DNA of 64,000 bases, from positions 11,842,001 to 11,906,000 of the forward strand of contig CM102285.1 of NCBI GenBank assembly GCA_046563655.1, read 5' to 3'. The DNA comes from Yuukianura sp. NJ FZ-2021 (taxonomy: Eukaryota). The notes beneath the pieces are model-generated. The model worked only from the letters and a program-made list of their open reading frames with translations. It was not told the DNA's origin and did not search any database. Below are positions 23,990 through 36,400 of the stretch, piece after piece (the stretch's first letter is position 1; the number at the start of each line of letters is the position of its first letter). A program made the position numbers and the translations under genes.

Positions 23990-25192
23990 ATGGACGTGAA
24001 ATCTGAAGAGGACTGGAAATTGTCGAGACCTTTGCTGGAAAAGTTTGAAACCGAATTTGTGAAACCAGCGAAACGAACTGGATTAGACGAAAACAACAAC
24101 ACTGTCGACGACGGCGAAGAGCAGGGGAAATGGGTTGACCTCGAGATGCTCCAAGAAGGCCAACAATTTATTCGGCAAAATTTCTTTGCCATATTCTTCG
24201 CCCACTTCATTTCACTAATTTTTCTGCTCTGCTACACTCCAGTTCAAGTCATTCTCCTGCGAACTGGAAGATCGAACACTGCAGCAAAAGCACTAAAACG
24301 CTACGTTGGCACTCTTGTCCACATCAAAGCTTGGTATGAATCAAATCTCACAGCAAAAGGAGAAGAAGACTACGCAGGATCGAATGACATTTCTCGCATC
24401 AGGATTCTCCATACCCGACTTTCCAGGAATCTGAAAAACACTTCACAATCAACGCCGACAGACGATTTAGAAACGTGCGGAGAAGAAAACGAGAACGCTG
24501 CAAGTTTTCTGAAAGCCATCAGAGCAGACTTCAGCAATGCGAATGCCGATACTGCTGAACTGCTGCAAAGTGCAACAGATGAAGACGAGCAAACTCCAGC
24601 GATTTCTCAACTGGACATGTGCGTTACTCAATTTTGCTTTATGGGATTCCTGTACTTGTTTCCAAAGTCTTTTGGGATTGATGATGCAACTGGACTCGAC
24701 AGATACGTTCACGTTTGGGCCGTTATAGGAAGAAAACTGGGCATTCAAGACCGATTTAACATTTGTCTCCAGAAGAATTTCTACACTCATCGCTTGATTC
24801 TACACCAAATCCTTCTACCGGAAGTTGCAAAATGCAAACTGGATACTACCATGCTCTGGAACTCCCTCACTTCTGGGATTGCAAAATTCATTCCATTTAT
24901 TGCACTCAAAGCGATTCTCAAATTTGTTCTACAAAACCTTCTAAATTCAACGGAGGAGCTACACATGGATGCGTTGCTTTCTTTCTACGATATTTTGTGC
25001 TACAAGCTCATGAATCGCTGTTTTACACGCTGGATCTTCATGTCGCTGATTAGATGGATGCTGAACGGTTTGCTACGGTTGGCAATTTGGTCGACGCTTT
25101 ATTTCCGTTTTCCAAATATTTTGAACAGAAACTCAAACGTAAGTAGCTCACATCAATCTTTTAACATTTTAAAATTAGACAAGTTTCACTAG
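23990..25192 (+). CDS. ER-bound oxygenase mpaB/rubber oxygenase (DUF2236) family heme protein
   Basis: Motifs RYVGTLVHIKAWY, IRILH, ISQLDMCVTQFCFMG, YVHVWAVIGRKLGIQDRFNIC; uninterrupted ORF; splice acceptor ttgcag at 23951 allows an upstream exon. Confidence 0.8.
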   Translation: MDVKSEEDWKLSRPLLEKFETEFVKPAKRTGLDENNNTVDDGEEQGKWVDLEMLQEGQQFIRQNFFAIFFAHFISLIFLLCYTPVQVILLRTGRSNTAAKALKRYVGTLVHIKAWYESNLTAKGEEDYAGSNDISRIRILHTRLSRNLKNTSQSTPTDDLETCGEENENAASFLKAIRADFSNANADTAELLQSATDEDEQTPAISQLDMCVTQFCFMGFLYLFPKSFGIDDATGLDRYVHVWAVIGRKLGIQDRFNICLQKNFYTHRLILHQILLPEVAKCKLDTTMLWNSLTSGIAKFIPFIALKAILKFVLQNLLNSTEELHMDALLSFYDILCYKLMNRCFTRWIFMSLIRWMLNGLLRLAIWSTLYFRFPNILNRNSNVSSSHQSFNILKLDKFH

Positions 25193-25530
25193 TTTTAACT
25201 TCAGAATTTTTAAACTGATGATATCATATGTAGGGGACTTTACTCTACAAGTTAAGGTTAGGTACTAGTTAAGAAATTAGTTAGAATAGAAAAATTTTAA
25301 CGTAAAATTGAATTTTAGCTTATAGTTGTCTGCAAAACGTCTTTAGGAACCTAAATTCAAATTTCAAACTCAATCAATTCGAATTTTGTAATAATTTCTG
25401 TATTCTGGGGATACCGTTTTTTTTTAATTTTTTATTGAATGTCAACAAACTGTAGCAAATCATAAAGTACATAGTAGATCATGCTAAATCAAATTACTTA
25501 TTTCAAAACATTGGCAATTTTGAAATAAAA

Positions 25531-26785
25531 ATGGCCCTGAAAGCTGTTCAGAAAAGACGCTCCATATCACGATACACTTCGTCGATTTTTTTGTTTGTTT
25601 TCTGGCCCTACAGCGCTATTATGTCTGAACAATTAACAGGAGCGGCATGGCTGTTTTCCGGACCAAGACGTGAGTTAATTATGATTTAAATCTTTTTAAA
25701 TTATTGTGCATTATGTATTTTTTAACAAATTAACCCAATGTTTGTTGCAGTTGATGGCGTCGAAGACCCTCCGGATCCGGCACCGTCATATTTAGAAAGT
25801 GTAAACAAGCCATCCTCATACAGTGGATCAAATGTGGACACTCCCAATACGTATTCCGATGCTGGAGGAACAAATTATGGGGGTCAGCAGCAAGTCCAAA
25901 GTTCCTACGCAGCAGCAGCACAATCAGGTCAGAATGTAAAAATTCAATCAATTAATTAAGCTCAAAATGTAAAATCAAGTATCAATTAATTGAAAACATT
26001 TATTACCAACAGGAGGCGCATATAATCAACCGTATTACCAGCAGCAGCAACAACCGTACTACCAACAGCAGCAACAACAACCGTATTACCAGCAGCCGCA
26101 AGAACAACAACCGTATTACCAGCAGCAGCAACAACAGCAACCCTACTACGCTCCTGGACAGTCGCAAGGGTTTGCTCCAGCGGCTAACCCGCCACATCAA
26201 GAACAGAAATCGGGTAGTGGCGGGATTTTCGAAACATCATTTGCAGACGACGACGACGACTCAATCAGACGTACGAATACCCGAGTACATGGAAATACTC
26301 AGAACATTCCGCAGCGTTATTCAGAGGCCAATTTCGCACGAGACATGAAGGAACGACTTGAAGACGAAAGGGCAGAAGAGCGACGACTGGAACAAGCTAA
26401 ACGCCGGAAAGAGGACGAATGGGAGCGTCAACGAGATTTTATTAATCAAAATCGCTTCGGAGAAGCCGCTGCTGCTAACATTCCTCATAAATCACCGAGT
26501 CATCAGCGTCACGGTCATTTGGAATTTGACAAACCATTCCACGAACCACTTCATGGTCATCAATATGATGACAGTTCTGAACAATTTGGGCGTCAGTTGA
26601 GCAGGCGACGTCACCGTAATAACGGTGGAGACAGCAGCATTGTAGGAAAAACAAAAACATTTTTTAGCAGTTTAGTTGGAAATGGCCAGGGGAAGACTTC
26701 GAAGCTTTGCCAATTTTTATTGGCATTCTCTTTATCGCTTGCTTTACTTTGGAATAATATTCATGCATTTCTACGTGGACTGTAG
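25531..26785 (+). CDS. Orphan Gln/Tyr-rich protein with hydrophobic N- and C-termini (secreted/GPI-anchored candidate), 3 exons
   Basis: ATG 25531; phase-1 GT-AG joins ..GPR/LDGVEDPP..AAQS/GGAYNQPYYQQQQQPYY.. reading into ORF 26345-26785 ending LCQFLLAFSLSLALLWNNIHAFLRGL. Confidence 0.65.
26026..26149 (+). repeat. Coding QPYYQ(n) repeat, 5 units
   Basis: caaccgtattaccagcagcag-type units. Confidence 0.85.
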
Positions 26786-27371
26786 TCCATGAAGTTTTTG
26801 AAAAATTGAAGTAATTTTGAGGTTGAATTTCGTTTTTTAAAAGTTGTCGGAGAAATAGATGTAGAATAATGACATCTTCGATTTAAATCGATCGCTACAG
26901 CACTGACTTAATTGTTGCAGAGTTAAAAAGCATTTTTTTTTATTTGGTTGATCTAAACGCCAGTTGAAATTTTAAATAAGGCAGTTAAGCTATTTTTGAC
27001 ATTATGATCTATTCCAAAATAATTAATTTTTCATTTGGCGTCAAAATTAATACAGATTTTTTCAAAATCTAAAAAATTTCTTTTATTCATTGGGTTTTCT
27101 TTTTTTTTTCGCAAAATTTTTGCATTGAGGTATGTGAATCGGTGTTTTGCAACTTGAACTGGTCAATGGAGCAGCAGAAATTGCAAGAAATTAATTTTAT
27201 ATGAATAACGAAGAATTTAGAACAATAAAATAGGGCTTTCGCCAACTTTCTTTCACTGATCCGCCATTTTGTGAAAGTGATTTTCAAAATTTTCAAAAAT
27301 TTACATATGACGAAACGATTTGGTTTGATTTGAGTTGAAACAAAGCACTCGCTGCGCCTCTCTCGGGCAGC

Positions 27372-29158
27372 AATTTGCGAATTTAGGAAATAATTATGAA
27401 GGGAGAGATGCAAGGAATAAATTGCGAATTTTTGGATCATTTGATTCCCATAAGACAAGGGAAGACGCCGCTGGTTGTGTGGAAGAAGTTGACAGGAGAT
27501 TACACAGCACGAGAAGGCTCCTCTCCCTCCTTTGCGAACGAGGCAAGCGAGTGCGGGAAAATAAAAAAAAAGGTGAGGTGGGCAGGGTAGCCTTTCTGGG
27601 CCGTACGATCCCCTTGCAGCTCCGGTCACTTTCAAAACTGACTCCTCATCTTCCCCATGTTAAATCTCTTTCAGAAAATTTCAAAAAATCAAAAACTTTG
27701 AAAATTCATTTTTGGCGAACGGAAAGCGATAAAAAGCTAATCTCTTCGCGAGTCAACTTTAAAAAATGTAAAGAATAGTTTAAAATTTTAAAAATTAAAA
27801 AAAAAATTCGAAAAAAAAATTTCAGAAATTCGCCGGAAACTTATTGTTCGCTTTTAAACTCTTTTAAAACTTAAAAAATACCTACTGTACGTTGTTCTGA
27901 ATTCAGCAGTGAAGAGATCTCGCAAATAATACATTGCGTTCCCGAGATATGAATTTTGAAACTTTTTGATTTTTGAAATGTTTTGTATGGAAATAAGTTT
28001 GAATGGACGAAAAAGTTGAGGGATTAATCCATTCAAAAGTCATCACTTTTCGACTCAACTTTTTCACTCTCCTACAAACACACTCATTTTTTGGCAGTTT
28101 TTCACTTCAAAAAATTTCCACTTTGCAGCGATTTCTGTGGCTCCAGCGCTCGGATCTAGTCATCCGACATGGTCCTAAACAATTTGATGCCAAAATTTTA
28201 AAAAATAAAAAACAGGAAGTACAGAAAAAAAGCACACCATCAAAATTTTGACAGCTTGAGGGTGCTTTTTAGAATTTTTTAAAAATTTTACACATTTTTC
28301 TGAATTCAGGCGTGTAGAGTAAAATTCTCTATGTCTTTCCGTTCAAAAGTTATGATTTTTTAAAGTTTTTTGAATTTTGAAATTAAGTTTGAATGGAGGA
28401 AAAGTTGAGGGATTAGCCCATTCAAAAGTCATCACTTTTCGATTCAACTTTTTCATCCCCCTCCAAACACTCATTTTTCGGTCGTTTTTGACTTCGAAAA
28501 ATTTCAACTTTGCAACGATTTCTGTGGCTCCAGCGCTCGGATCTAGTCATCCGACATCGTCCTAAACAATTTGATGCAAAAATTTTAAAAAACAAAACAC
28601 AAGAAGTATAGAAAAAAAAACACAGCATCAAAATTTTGACAGCTTTAGGGTGCTTTTTAGAATTTTTTAAAAATTCTACACATTTTTCTGAATTCTGGTG
28701 TGAAAAGCTTAATTCTCTATCTCTTTCCGTTAAAAAGTTATGAATTTTTAAAGTTTTGGAAATTTAAATTTTCGGGGGAGAGATTTTGTATTGGTTTGTG
28801 AAGGAAGCTGCTGGGAAACCCTCCGAGCTGACAGGAGATTATGCGACCCAGAAAGGTTCCTCGCCCTCCCTCTACTTTTTCCCGCGACTCAAACTCCCAT
28901 ACAAAAAGCAATACAGAATGAACCTTCCTATCTGCCTCTCTGCTCCGTACAATCTCCGATCTCAATTTCTGCAACATCTCTCTTGCAAAACTCTCTTTCC
29001 AAAGGGAGAGGTGCCTTCTCGTGCTTTAGAATATCCTGTCACTTCTTCCACGCAACCAGCGGCGTCTTCCTTTTTCTTATGGGAATCAAATGCTCCAAAA
29101 ATCCGCAATTTATTCCTTGAATATCTTCCGTTAAATTATCACCTAAATTCGCGCAATT
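27372..29158. mobile_element. Non-autonomous foldback-like element: long inverted arms around internal tandem repeats
   Basis: 27372-27535 matches the reverse complement of ~28995-29158 (e.g. catttgattcccataag / cttatgggaatcaaatg, gaagacgccgctggttg / caaccagcggcgtcttc); weaker inverted similarity continues to ~27800 vs ~28650; no credible ORF. Confidence 0.7.
27990..28755. repeat. Two ~385-bp direct repeats (plus partial third copy ~27880-27990)
   Basis: aagtttgaatgga..aaagttgagggatta..ccattcaaaagtcatcacttttcga at ~27995 and ~28385; gctccagcgctcggatctagtcatccgacat in both copies. Confidence 0.9.
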
Positions 29159-29443
29159 AACGTCTTGAGTTTAATTTGCTGTTAACTAGTTTAAAAATCG
29201 TAATAGTGATGCATTAGATTAATTGTTTTAATTCCTAAAAATAATAACACGCAACGTTTATTCCTTTTAATTACTCCTCCACCTCCTGTTCCCCCACAAA
29301 ATTGTTTATTTGAGACAATTAATTACAACCAAGAACATCAACATGAAGATGACACCATAAAAGTGAAAAACGGAGCATTTATTCTAAATTGAACGTTGAA
29401 CTTTTATCCATTTTGGTCTTAAAATTGCGGTATTTTCGTTACT

Positions 29444-32400
29444 TTACTTCTTCAAGAATTTGGAAAACCAAAGAAGTGTGTGTAGCATCGAATCGAAACG
29501 ACAAGGCACTTTTCCCAACGGATGACAATCGTTGTAAACTCGAACTCTGTAAAAAAAAATCATAAGAATGCATAAACTTAAAGTGCCAAGAAGTAAATTC
29601 TAGGTTAGATTTTAGATTTACTCAGTCGTTTTGCCGGCTGCTCGTAGTGCTCGATAGTACGCCATTCCTTGGGAAATTGGAACTCTCAAATCTTCGGAGC
29701 CAAGAAGCAGCAATGTTGCAGCGTTCACTTTGTTAACATGTTGGATCGGCGAACAAGCGATGAATTTCTTAGCATCTTCCAGCGATTTTACGGACGGAAC
29801 GCACTCACCCGACGTGTCCTTGACCCCAGCCTCAACGTAGGACCTGAATTATTGATTGCACAGATAAAGAACGTCTAAGCGTGAAGTGAAATGCAAGTGA
29901 TCAGTGCTGTTTTATATACCAATCTGTAATGTCAGAGGTAGACAAAAGAGCCAACACGTCTGTAACTGGGTTTCGTAGAGCAGCGGCCTTGTAGAAGTCC
30001 TATTTTACAGTAAAGTTCAGCAAATTAATTTTAGTTAGTTTTTAGGATTTGGAATTCGTACTTGTTTGAGCGACTTACTGGATAGCTTGATGTTAGGTGC
30101 GCACCAAGGAACCCTCCTGCAAAACAACAATCAAAATCAGCACAAAGAACAATACCCAAGAATTTTCAAGATGAAAGACTTATTTAATCACCGTGTGATC
30201 CTCCATGTATCACCACTTTCGACGGATCCAGGGTTTGTTCCTGAGAAAGCAGGGACTGAACAGTCGCTTGACAGTCGCGGACATCGGCAATACTATAATT
30301 TATTACTGATGAGTAAGTTATACTTTGATCCTCCATAATCTAAACACCAAAGTCTCAAGTCAACTCACCCAATTTTCCCAGGAAGGTTCGCCGTGACATC
30401 GGTTGTCCCGCCAGTACTGCCAACATAGTTCAACTTGACAACTCCATATCCTGAAGTAATAAACGTTTCTCATGAAAGGCGCGATGAGATGCAGATTTTT
30501 CTAATTTAGGGAAGTTTCGTACCTAAGTTCAAACAGAGAGCAATTTCGGGGATAAATACGTCAACGTGAACGGCGTGTGGACCTATAAGAACAAAAAAGA
30601 ACGAAAACGTATTTCAGTAGGCAAAATTAGGAATCTTTTGATTAAAATCGAATCAGAATTCAAAATCGGCAAGACTTACCGCCATGAGGCATAACGATAA
30701 GTGGAACGCTCTTCTTCTTCACTTCATCTCCGGCTGGTCCGTAATAAAATGAAGGCGGAGAAACAGAACCGGGTAGTGGAAGACGGTAGACCGGGCGAGA
30801 GACAATTCGGACTGATGTGCTTAGCTCGATAATGTGTTTTCCTTCAAGGGTTAGAAGAAGAAGCGCCGGTGATTCAATAGTGGAACTCCGAGATGCGATG
30901 GCGTAGTCCTTTCCAATCGAGTAAATGGCATCAATCCCCCTTGTCGCCACTGGATCCCCAATCACACGGTAATCTAAAAATGGTGATCGTAAGTTAGTAA
31001 CTTTCCTACTTTCAGAAGAATCATCGTGACAGCACGTTTCGTCTCACCATTTGACAAGTTGAATTCCAGCAAAACAGAGTCCAAGTCATTGGTAGTTACA
31101 ACAAAAAACTTTTTTGAATCCAACGACCAACACTTCGCAGGAAAATCGTCGTAAACAGGAATCAAAGTGCTGGGATGAGTCGTATACAGTGTCGTAGGAT
31201 TTCCCAGTTGCTCCTAAGTAAAGAAGTAAAATTAGGAAGACCAGATCAATTTACGATGATTTCTACCAGATTATTGTACTGTACCTCGATTTTGATTCCC
31301 ATGATGTCCCTGGACTTCTGGTGTACTCCATTGATATCGCCTCTCTCTTGCCATATTACAAAAGTCGAATCTGGACTCACTCTGGGTGACATTGCTGCAC
31401 GTCCTGGGCTGCTCAGGAATCCTGATATGAAACAAGGACGCCGGTTACTCAAAATTTATGACGTTAGCTAAGACTTACAAACGTGTATTTAAGTAAAGTT
31501 AATTACGGAAGTTGTTTCCATCAATTCCAATCTGGAAGATACGACTTTCTCGATTGCTGCAGTAAATAAGTCCAAGCCGCCACGGAGTGTCCACATAACC
31601 GGTTCCAACTAAGGACGAATTGTTGACAAACTGCAAATCACTCGGGAAAAGCTTGTTCGGAAGTTCGATGACTTTGAATTCTTCAGTATCCAAAGTCAGC
31701 ACAACGATGACGCTTTCAAAACAATTTTGCAATTGTTCACCCCACGATTGACGGAAGGCAAATTCTTCCCCCTGAAACAAAAGAACTTGACGATCACTTT
31801 AAGTATGGAAGACAACAAACCTTAGACGTTTAGCAATTAGCAAATCATACCTTTCTGGAAGGTTCTTTCTGGGGATTAGCGTTATCAGAGTCACTTGTAC
31901 CCGTGAAGAATGGCTCGGCTTTTGGAATCTTCTTCTCCGCTAGATATGCCAATTTGGTGCCATCTTGACTCCAAACGAATCCCGATCCCCATTCTAAATG
32001 TTGAGTCATTTTTATAAACTGCAAGGTTACAATGGAAAATTGTAGTAAAATACTGGCGGCTGATCCGATCTTACGTGAATTTGTGTATATCTCCTTATGC
32101 TTATCCAACTTCTTCAAGTCGAAAGTCTTTAGCAGTTTTTGGTCGTCGAAAATACTTAAAACTTCTCCTTTGGTTCCATTTTCTCCAGATCCACTACCCT
32201 TTTCTTCGCCAGTAAGGACAGCTCGTTTTGATCCACATGGTGAAAACCGAGTTAATTTCCTGCCAGAGACAGTACAGTAGTTTAAAATCCTTAATTCCAG
32301 CATGTGATAGGGGTAATTTATACTCATTTACTTACACATTGTTAGGATAAGGGATGGACGCAGAACATGCAACCGTTGGATTTCCTCCTGCCAAGGATGA

Positions 32401-32625
32401 CTTCAAAATGGAATACTGCTTAGCGAATGTTCCCTTCTCCTTATTGATGGCATCAACATAGCTCCATTCGGTGTAAACGTTCATAAAATCCTTCGACTCT
32501 TGAATAAAAGTTCCAGAAGACACGACCGGTGTTCTGAGCAAGTCAACATATGCTTTTGCTACTTTGTCGATGTCAATATCCGTCGGATCTTCAGGCCTTG
32601 TCAGCAATGCTTCCATATGATCCAT
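29444..32625 (-). CDS. APEH: Acylamino-acid-releasing enzyme (S9C peptidase), multi-exon
   Basis: WSQDGTKLAYLAEKK, RQSWGEQL, PWRLGLIYCSNRES, PLIVMPHGGPH, nucleophile GGSHGG, DLRVP (Asp), DCHPL (His). Confidence 0.93.
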
Positions 32626-33584
32626 GCTTGATCAACGGGGATGTCAAACACGTTCGGCCAAGAGAAGAGCGGACACACCAATCAAAAGATCAATTTCCTG
32701 GAAACAAAAAGAAATGATAACGAAACTGATCCAACAAACTGCAAATAAACTACAGAATACAAACTTTTCTTGGTACTTTCGTCTAGTATGTGTCACTGTG
32801 TCGCTCTCACGACATGATTGACGATTGTTACACTAAGTCTTACACGTAAGATTAGGATAGGAATGGGCATTTTCTTTTCAAGATGGCTCACCTTTTCGAT
32901 TTACTGAAGGCAGAGGAAGTGAAGACGACGTGTCGTCAGGAGACAGGATCACGGAAAGTGGATTCAGCAATACTTACAATCGAGACCGGTGAGAAATGCA
33001 ATGGGGTGAGCGAGCATATAGAAACTGTATGACCCCATGACCTTGAAAATACAAAAAAAAATCACAAATCACAAACATTACGCGGTTTTCTAACTTCAAA
33101 TTGCTAAACATTAGATCACGTGAGTTTGTTGAAATCTAGAGGGGCGGGGCATGGGGTTGTAATTTTTCATAATTAGAAAAACACAACCCCCAAATTTAAT
33201 TTAAGGAAAAAATTATTCAACTTACGTTGTAAATTACTTTTAAATCGTGAATTAATAAAATTCAATAATTATTTTGAATTATGACAATGAAATAGGCTTG
33301 TTAATCACAATTACCCACAATTTACACCAGATCTCGTTTTCCTCGAGAGACCAGTGAGAAAGAAGCAGTGAAACGTGAATTCGCGGGAGTTTCAACTTTG
33401 CCAATTTTGAAAAAGTTTGATAAAATGCCAAGCAAGCTAGAAAGACACAACAAAGCAGCTGGGGCGGAGTACGATAAGGAAGCACCCTCTAGGATCCTAT
33501 GCTTTCGCTTTCCCGTACTTTGACAATTCAAGAAAGTTTTACTAAATAAAAAGAACAACTTTGGAACCCCTGGCTTATTGGGAT

Positions 33585-35605
33585 ATGTCAGAATACACGG
33601 AGCAATCACAACATCAACATCAAGGTAAGTACTTTCACGTTTTCTACAATTCTAGGCGCCATTTGTCGTCAGAACCTCATTTCCTATTCAATCGGACACG
33701 AGAAACTACGTTAGTCCTAAGCCCAGGCTTGGATTCCAGTACCTTGTTAGGTTGTGACCGTTTATCGTTGTTTGAACCACTGACCTAGCTGGAGTGACGT
33801 ACACGAACACTGGATTGTAAAGTGACAAGCTTACTGATACAATTTTAGCGGTAGAACGTACCCGAACTGTATATACTTATGTATTGAAGGCGTAGAATAA
33901 GGTTTTATAAGGGGAATAGCACTTATTATGATAAAATGATGCTGACTAACACTGATTCTTAATTGATTTACAGGAGCATCAAGAGCTGGACGTGTGCGGA
34001 AGAAAAATACGCTACTAGCAGACTTCGAATCACTTGAAAATCATGCTGACCAACCGAAGAGAGCTGCTAAAACTCCAAGACGATCCCCAAAGAAGAGTCC
34101 AAAGGTATGCTTAAGCTATTCTGACGAACGTTTCCGAGTAAAATGTTTTAACCATTATCAAAAACGGTATTGCAGGGGACACCGAAGGCGAAGACTCAGA
34201 TCCACGACTACCAAGTACAAACTCCAGAAATGGAATCCATGCTGCACGATGTTGAAGTTGGGGACTTAGAAATTGATCTTCCGGATGACTTCAATGAGGA
34301 GGACATGCCGCATCTTGTTGCTGCTGAGGAAATTGTTCATGGAGGATTGCTGAACTCCAGTAACAGTTTACCAACAGATACGGCATCTGGAAACCGACTC
34401 AAATCCCAAGCTCAGTCCACATACATGCTCGAGAAGCAGTTGGAAGTGGCTCCACGAAGCAGAAAGAGTCTAACTGGATACTACGGACCTCCTTCTACAA
34501 CTACCAAACCAAAACCCAAAGTCGTCAGGAAAGAGCCTCCTGCAAATCCAGTGAGTTTGACATGACAATTGAAATGACAGGCGAAATCTTGAAGCTTTCT
34601 TTTCTTCCAGGTTCGTCGCGTTACAGCCTACATGGTCTGGGTCAAGGACTACAAAACAATGCATGCCGAGAAATATCCTCACATTGAATTGTCAGGGGCT
34701 AAACTTGGAGAAGCTTGGAATCGTCTTCCTCAAGCCCAGAAGAAAATGTGGAAGAATCGAGCAGCAAAGCAGATGAAAGGAAATGGAGAAAATATAAAGA
34801 ATACTGCACCTCCTAGGAGACCGAAAGGACGAAAGCGAACCAAAGTACCGAAACCGGGCGAAGACATTGGAGGCCCCCTTCAAGGAAAGAAAGTGACGGC
34901 AAAAGGAAAAGGAAAGAAGCGGAAGCCGCCTGTGCCTGAAATTTTGAAGATGGCTGAGCAAGATATCATCACTCCTCCGTTGCAGAAGAAGCAATTGGAA
35001 TTACTGAGACAAAATAAGGGGAACAAAGCAAAGAGCAAACTCGTTATGGACAACTCTGCACCAGCAGTGAAGCCAGGCGGATCAAGAAATGTAAATGGAA
35101 CAGGAGTTCGTCGTGTAACGAACACAAAAGCGACTAGCTCGAAATTACTGTAAGCATTTTACTTAAAATACAGATTTTTACTAACCTATGCGGAGATTTC
35201 GGGAGCTTCTCTTCGTATTCTAGGCATCCAGACCGAAAAACGGAGGAACCGCCAATATTCAAAGTCACTGGAACAGATCCAATGGATGCTGCGGCGCATT
35301 TAGTCCTTTTAGGAGAATCTCTATCCCTTCTTGGTCAGAGGCTCAAGGAACACGTTAGTAACATAAGCCACCACTTTTCAACGTTTGTAACCAATTACAT
35401 ATTCAATACTCTAACCAATGTAACTTAAAAATAGGATCAACCTCAAGCAGTCACCGGAGGGCTTTCAGTATTATTGGACGCGCTACTCTGCGCAAGCGGG
35501 CCACTTTTATGTCTCACGCGCCAAGTGGACGAATTGAATGTCATTCCAGAAGATCATTTAAAACGGATACTTGGTGACATTGCCACCATCATGCCAGGCT
35601 TCTAG
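33585..35605 (+). CDS. HMGXB4: HMG-box domain protein, HMGXB4-like
   Basis: [19 protein letters not shown]-terminal motif; HMG box [27 protein letters not shown]-terminal [53 protein letters not shown]. Confidence 0.82.
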
Positions 35606-36400
35606 GTAACCCTAACACTGCTTTGTACCTTTAAAACTAATTTTAATTACCTTTTAACACAGAAGCTGTAGAAGTGATTTAGGCCTCACTAAATTATTTC
35701 CACTATCATAAGCTAGGTCAACAACCCCATTTTAAAGATTTACTTAAGTATTCCTCGATATTATGTTTTAGAGAAGTCAATAGAAAGTTAGGTGTCCAGG
35801 TCCATTTGAGATTCTGGCAAATACTATGTGTCTCAGATATCCTTGTGATATTTGATTCCGTTATTGAATAAATTTTTATAGCAAGCACTAAGCACTAGGG
35901 CATCAGTTTCAGACTCCTAGTTTTATTTCTGCATTTCAATCAGTGCATTTGGAACAACTTACATTGAGTAAGACTAAATTCATTAAAAACAATTGAAACA
36001 AAAAGGCACCATTCTCTGAATCATTGAGCCAGCCATTCCTTCGGCAGAATGTTTGCCACCCTAACGATTCCAAGTATTCTAAAATGCTTAACTAATCCTA
36101 ACTACGTTCTAGCATTCTAAAAAAGACTCGTGAGTATTCTTATTTCTGTTGGTAAGAAAAAGTCTTGGCACATTGTTCATTTTTGTAGGACTTCTTATAA
36201 TATAGGTGCATAGGCCAAAAGTTGTAACTTAAATTAATTATCCTTAATTAATCTAAAGCCGACCATTTCTTTGGTTTCGCGTCACATTTGGTTTGAAATT
36301 ACCAACTTCCTTCCTAACTAACTTAAGTTTATGGCATTGCCATTGCCATTATGAAAAGCTTTTAGTAACGTTAACGAAGGCTTACCTCGGAAGTCGAAAT

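Noticed and set aside
26003..26200. Leu-rich minus-strand ORF resembling a signal/TM peptide
   Set aside because: Antisense reading of the CAG/CAA-rich QPYY repeat
27087..29160. Several 60-180 aa ORFs inside the foldback-like element
   Set aside because: No transposase or other domain motifs; they arise from repeat sequence
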